Below are positions 60,765 through 64,000 of a stretch of DNA of 64,000 nucleotides, one piece after another (positions within the stretch are counted from its first letter, which is position 1; each line of letters begins with the position of its first letter). The notes under the pieces are model-generated. The model saw nothing but the letters and a program-made list of their open reading frames with translations, searched no databases and was not told the DNA's origin. The position numbers and the translations under genes are program-made. The stretch is from Octopus sinensis (lineage: Eukaryota): contig NC_043002.1 in the NCBI RefSeq assembly GCF_006345805.1, forward strand, positions 91,512,001-91,576,000, written 5' to 3'.

Positions 60765-60766
<2 letters not shown>
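60458..60766 (-). pseudogene. L1/Tx1 ORF2 C-terminal (zf-RVT-like) fragment with a stop-free 102-codon frame
   Basis: 60763-60458: AWQCYRGALPLRDKLYRHGSAVSRTCPRCCQDDETVLHALVQCPSIAELW...LVAVAKEVVWWTR. Absent from the ORF track because it has no ATG. Confidence 0.85.
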
Positions 60767-60833
<67 letters not shown>

Positions 60834-60867
60834 TTAATAATAACAATAATAACAATAATAATAATAA
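60764..60867. repeat. (CAA)n(TAA)n microsatellite
   Basis: Visible directly. Confidence 0.95.
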
Positions 60868-61039
60868 CTGGATTTACGGAAGAAAATGGTCATACTTTTC
60901 TTATAATTTCATAGTCACTATTTAGAAAGAAAAAGAATTGTCATCAGTGCGCATGCGTGAGAACATTCATAGATCAAATTTCTAGCTCACCACTTTTAGA
61001 AGGCGTCTAATTGATACATATTTATTGTATAGGAATAAT

Positions 61040-61553
61040 GCAGCGAGCTGGCTGAATCGTTTGCACGCCGGTAAAAAGCTTAGAGGTACTTCGTCCGTCT
61101 TTACCTTCTCAGAACATATTCCCCTGAGGTCGACTTTGCCTTTCATTCATTCGGAGTCGATAGAATATGTCCTAGTTGAGCACCGAGGCCGATGTAATCG
61201 ACTCCCGAAATTTCTAGCCTTGTGCTGCAATGTGAATCCAGTATTTATTTTGTTGGACCTCATGATCCGATGGAGCTTTCTTCTTTTAAAGATTTTGATT
61301 TAGAGAAGTGGCTTCTATTTCTACAAAATCAAACGAACGTATTCGTTCTGACATTCTCTCTTTTAGGGATTGTGTCTGGCGTTCCTATGAGATATATTTC
61401 TCTCTCACACTAAATATTCTTTTCTACTGTAGACATGAGGCCCGAAATTTTGGGGGAGGGGGCCAGTAGATTAGATCGACCACAGTACGCAACTGGTACT
61501 TAATTTAGCGACCCGAAAGGATGAAAGGCAAAGTCGACCTTGGGGGAATTTGA
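61040..61553. mobile_element. Two decayed SINE-M pieces (+ strand 61040-61225; - strand 61428-61553, cut by MITE-T1)
   Basis: Core gaggtcgactttgcctttcat present on both strands. Confidence 0.65.
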
Positions 61554-61562
61554 AAAGTAAAG

Positions 61563-62010
61563 AGATCTTTTTGGTTTGAACGGCATTTTTTTTCTAGCGG
61601 TGTCATGAAATTGTCACCCATAATTATGACCCTAGTATTGATCTATTGCATTTCAATCTGTTTTAGGGTTAGGGTTAGTTAGGGCTAGGGTTAGGGTTAG
61701 AGTTAGGGTTAGGGGTGGGAGAAGGGTATCTTTTTTTCTTCGCAAATGTAAATAAACCCAATCTGTTTCTTAAACGAGGGACATATTCATACGGCACAGA
61801 ATGTGTTATACCTCAATGGACGTCATTGATTGGTCGAAATTGCAGAAATTGAAGAAGAAAAACAACAAATATCTTACAAACCATAGAATTTTCTTAATAA
61901 AGCCAAGAGAAAAAGATGTTTTATAAACACATTCTACCAGTATACGAAGTTTAAATTTTTTTAAGTTACCTAGAAATTATGTTAAAAACTGCCGTTCAAA
62001 CCGAAAAGAT
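61563..62010 (+). mobile_element. MITE-T1 copy 6, right terminus truncated, no TSD
   Basis: Right TIR ends ...GAAAAGAT without the terminal CC. Longest TTAGGG tract of the six copies (about 61663-61725). Confidence 0.88.
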
Positions 62011-63180
62011 TACCTGTGTGATATAAGTGCAGTCTCATACTAATTATTTCTATGTTATATAATTGCTCTCATGCTGTAAATTGTGTGCTATAACTGCTTT
62101 CCCATAATAATTGTCTGCGAGTGATTTGTAATTGGTCTCCCACAGCATGTGTATGTGATATACTTGATCTCCGACACTAATTGTTCGTGGGTGATAACAT
62201 TAGTCTCTCACAGTTATTATTTCTGCGTCATAATTGTTCTCTCACACTAACTACGTGTAAATAACGTAACTAATCTCTCGCACTAATTATTCGATGATGA
62301 TATAATTGGTCCCTTGCTGTAGTATATAATCATTCTCTCACACAGATTATCTGCGGATAATATCATTGGTCTTTCATACTTATTATTTCTGCGTGATATA
62401 ATCGCTCTGTCACACTAATTAGTCATAGTGATATAATGTTTTTCACACACTAATTATTTGTGCATGATATAATTGATCTTACATAGTAATAGTTTGTGTG
62501 TGATGTATATACTTGGTCTCACATACAAGTTCTGTGTGATACATTTGATATTTTACATTAATTATTTATGAGTGATATTGGTCTCACATATTAATTATTT
62601 GTAGATGATATAATTGGACTCTCACATCAATTATTTCTGTGTGATATTAATCGTTCTTTCATATTAATTGTGGGTGATATCTATTGTCTTTCACACTATT
62701 TGTGGGATAATAGTCTCCTACTCTCATTATCTGTGCATAAATGCGTCCACATGCTACATATTTTGTCCGTTATTCAAGGTTTTCCCACACTAATTATTTC
62801 TGTGAGATATAATTCGTTTCTCACACTAATTATGTGTAGGCGATATCATTCGTCTTTATCATTGTTTAGACTGATATATAATTAGTCACTAACAAGAATT
62901 ATTGTTGCGTCATATAATTGGTCTCTGATACAAATTGTTTTTGTGATATATATATTTGATCTCACATACTATTTTTATGTGATACGCTTGGTCCCGCACA
63001 TTAATTATTAATGGGTGATATAAATGGTCTCTCATATTAATTATTTGTAGACGATATATTTGGCCTCTCGCAATTATTATTTTGTTGGTCGTACATTTGA
63101 TCTCTTCCAGTTATTATCACTTTGTGATATAATTGGTCTCTTGCACTAATTAGTCCTGTGTTTTATATAATTGGCCCCTG
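62011..63180. repeat. Degenerate minisatellite of about 34 units, modal period 36 bp
   Basis: Consensus by eye TGATATAATTGGTCTCTCACACTAATTATTTGTGTG. TGATA anchors recur at 62156, 62192, 62394, 62429, 62465, 62501, 62537, 62573, 62606, 62642, 62980, 63016 and 63125. Confidence 0.88.
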
Positions 63181-63523
63181 ATGCTAATACATTCATCATG
63201 TCCCTGGACAAGTCTTCAGTTTTCAAGCAAATTCAACTTTCAAGCAAAATTCAAGGACATTTTAGTATCTTTTCTGAATATGTTTTTTTAAAAAGAGAAA
63301 GTTCTGTTTCGATCAAAACTTCATTTACGTCTCTCTCTCTCTCTCGCTCTCATCTCTCTCTCACTCTCTCTCATACACACACACACACATACACACATGC
63401 ACACGCACACGTGCTCACACACACACAGTTATGTAAATGTATACATATGTATATTATAAATACATAATATATAAATATGTAAATGTGTATCGCTCTCTCC
63501 CTTTATACATGCATATATATATG

Positions 63524-63587
<64 letters not shown>

Positions 63588-64000
63588 ATGGAATAAAAAC
63601 GCAATATAAGACAATAAAGCATTCGGACAGATAGACGATACAAAGGTGGATAGGAGAAACAACAATTAGAAGGACAGGCAAAAAAAGACGGGTCATTTGT
63701 GGCCTTCTTTCCTCATATATATACATATATACATATATATGTCTTCCCACCTTTGTCGCTCCAAAGATTTGGCACCAATCTCAAATCATCCCAATACCCA
63801 AAAAAGGCGATTTATCCCTCGTCACCAACTACAGGGGTATATCTCTAATGTCAATTGCTGCAAAACTGTGCAACAAACTGATCCTAAATCGTCTTGTCCT
63901 TTTTGTTGAACCTTTGCTCCGAAAGAACCAAAATGGATTCAGACATGGGCGCTCAACGCTGAGCCAGTTACTATGCCTACGCAGACTTATTGAAGAATCA

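Noticed and set aside
62011-63180. 36-bp array as a CRISPR array
   Set aside because: Units are contiguous and degenerate with no unique spacers, there are no cas genes, and the context is eukaryotic.

Overview
Eukaryotic, AT-rich DNA made almost entirely of repeats. The SINE, MITE and microsatellite repertoire looks like an octopod cephalopod (Octopus) genome; this is recognised from memory and not verified by search. I found no intact host protein-coding gene, no rRNA or true tRNA gene, and nothing prokaryotic such as a CRISPR array or operon. Nearly all entries in the ORF track are microsatellite or antisense artefacts. The window contains: more than 30 tRNA-derived SINE copies or fragments from about four modular families (working names SINE-O CORE-type, SINE-M Meta-domain-like, SINE-B, SINE-C); four L1/Tx1-like LINE remnants; several RTE remnants; Penelope-like (PLE) remnants; two deleted mariners, one full-length and one partial maT (DD37D-like) element; a terminally complete Chapaev3 (CMC) element; hAT remnants; five or six non-autonomous Helitrons; six copies of a GG-ended MITE with 8-bp TSDs that carries TTAGGG repeats; a foldback MITE; and a degenerate 36-bp tandem array. 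The most interesting signals are: (1) minimal hammerhead-ribozyme-like motifs recurring in short PLE-like elements, one downstream of a head-to-head tRNA-like foldback; (2) two unrelated Merlin-like MITE families that both carry telomere-type, G4-prone repeats; (3) a three-layer nested insertion whose removal restores a LINE reading frame; (4) the 36-bp array; (5) two in-phase minus-strand micro-exon candidates. All alignments and identities were judged by eye. Coordinates of decayed elements are approximate (about 20-50 bp) unless a TSD or TIR is quoted.
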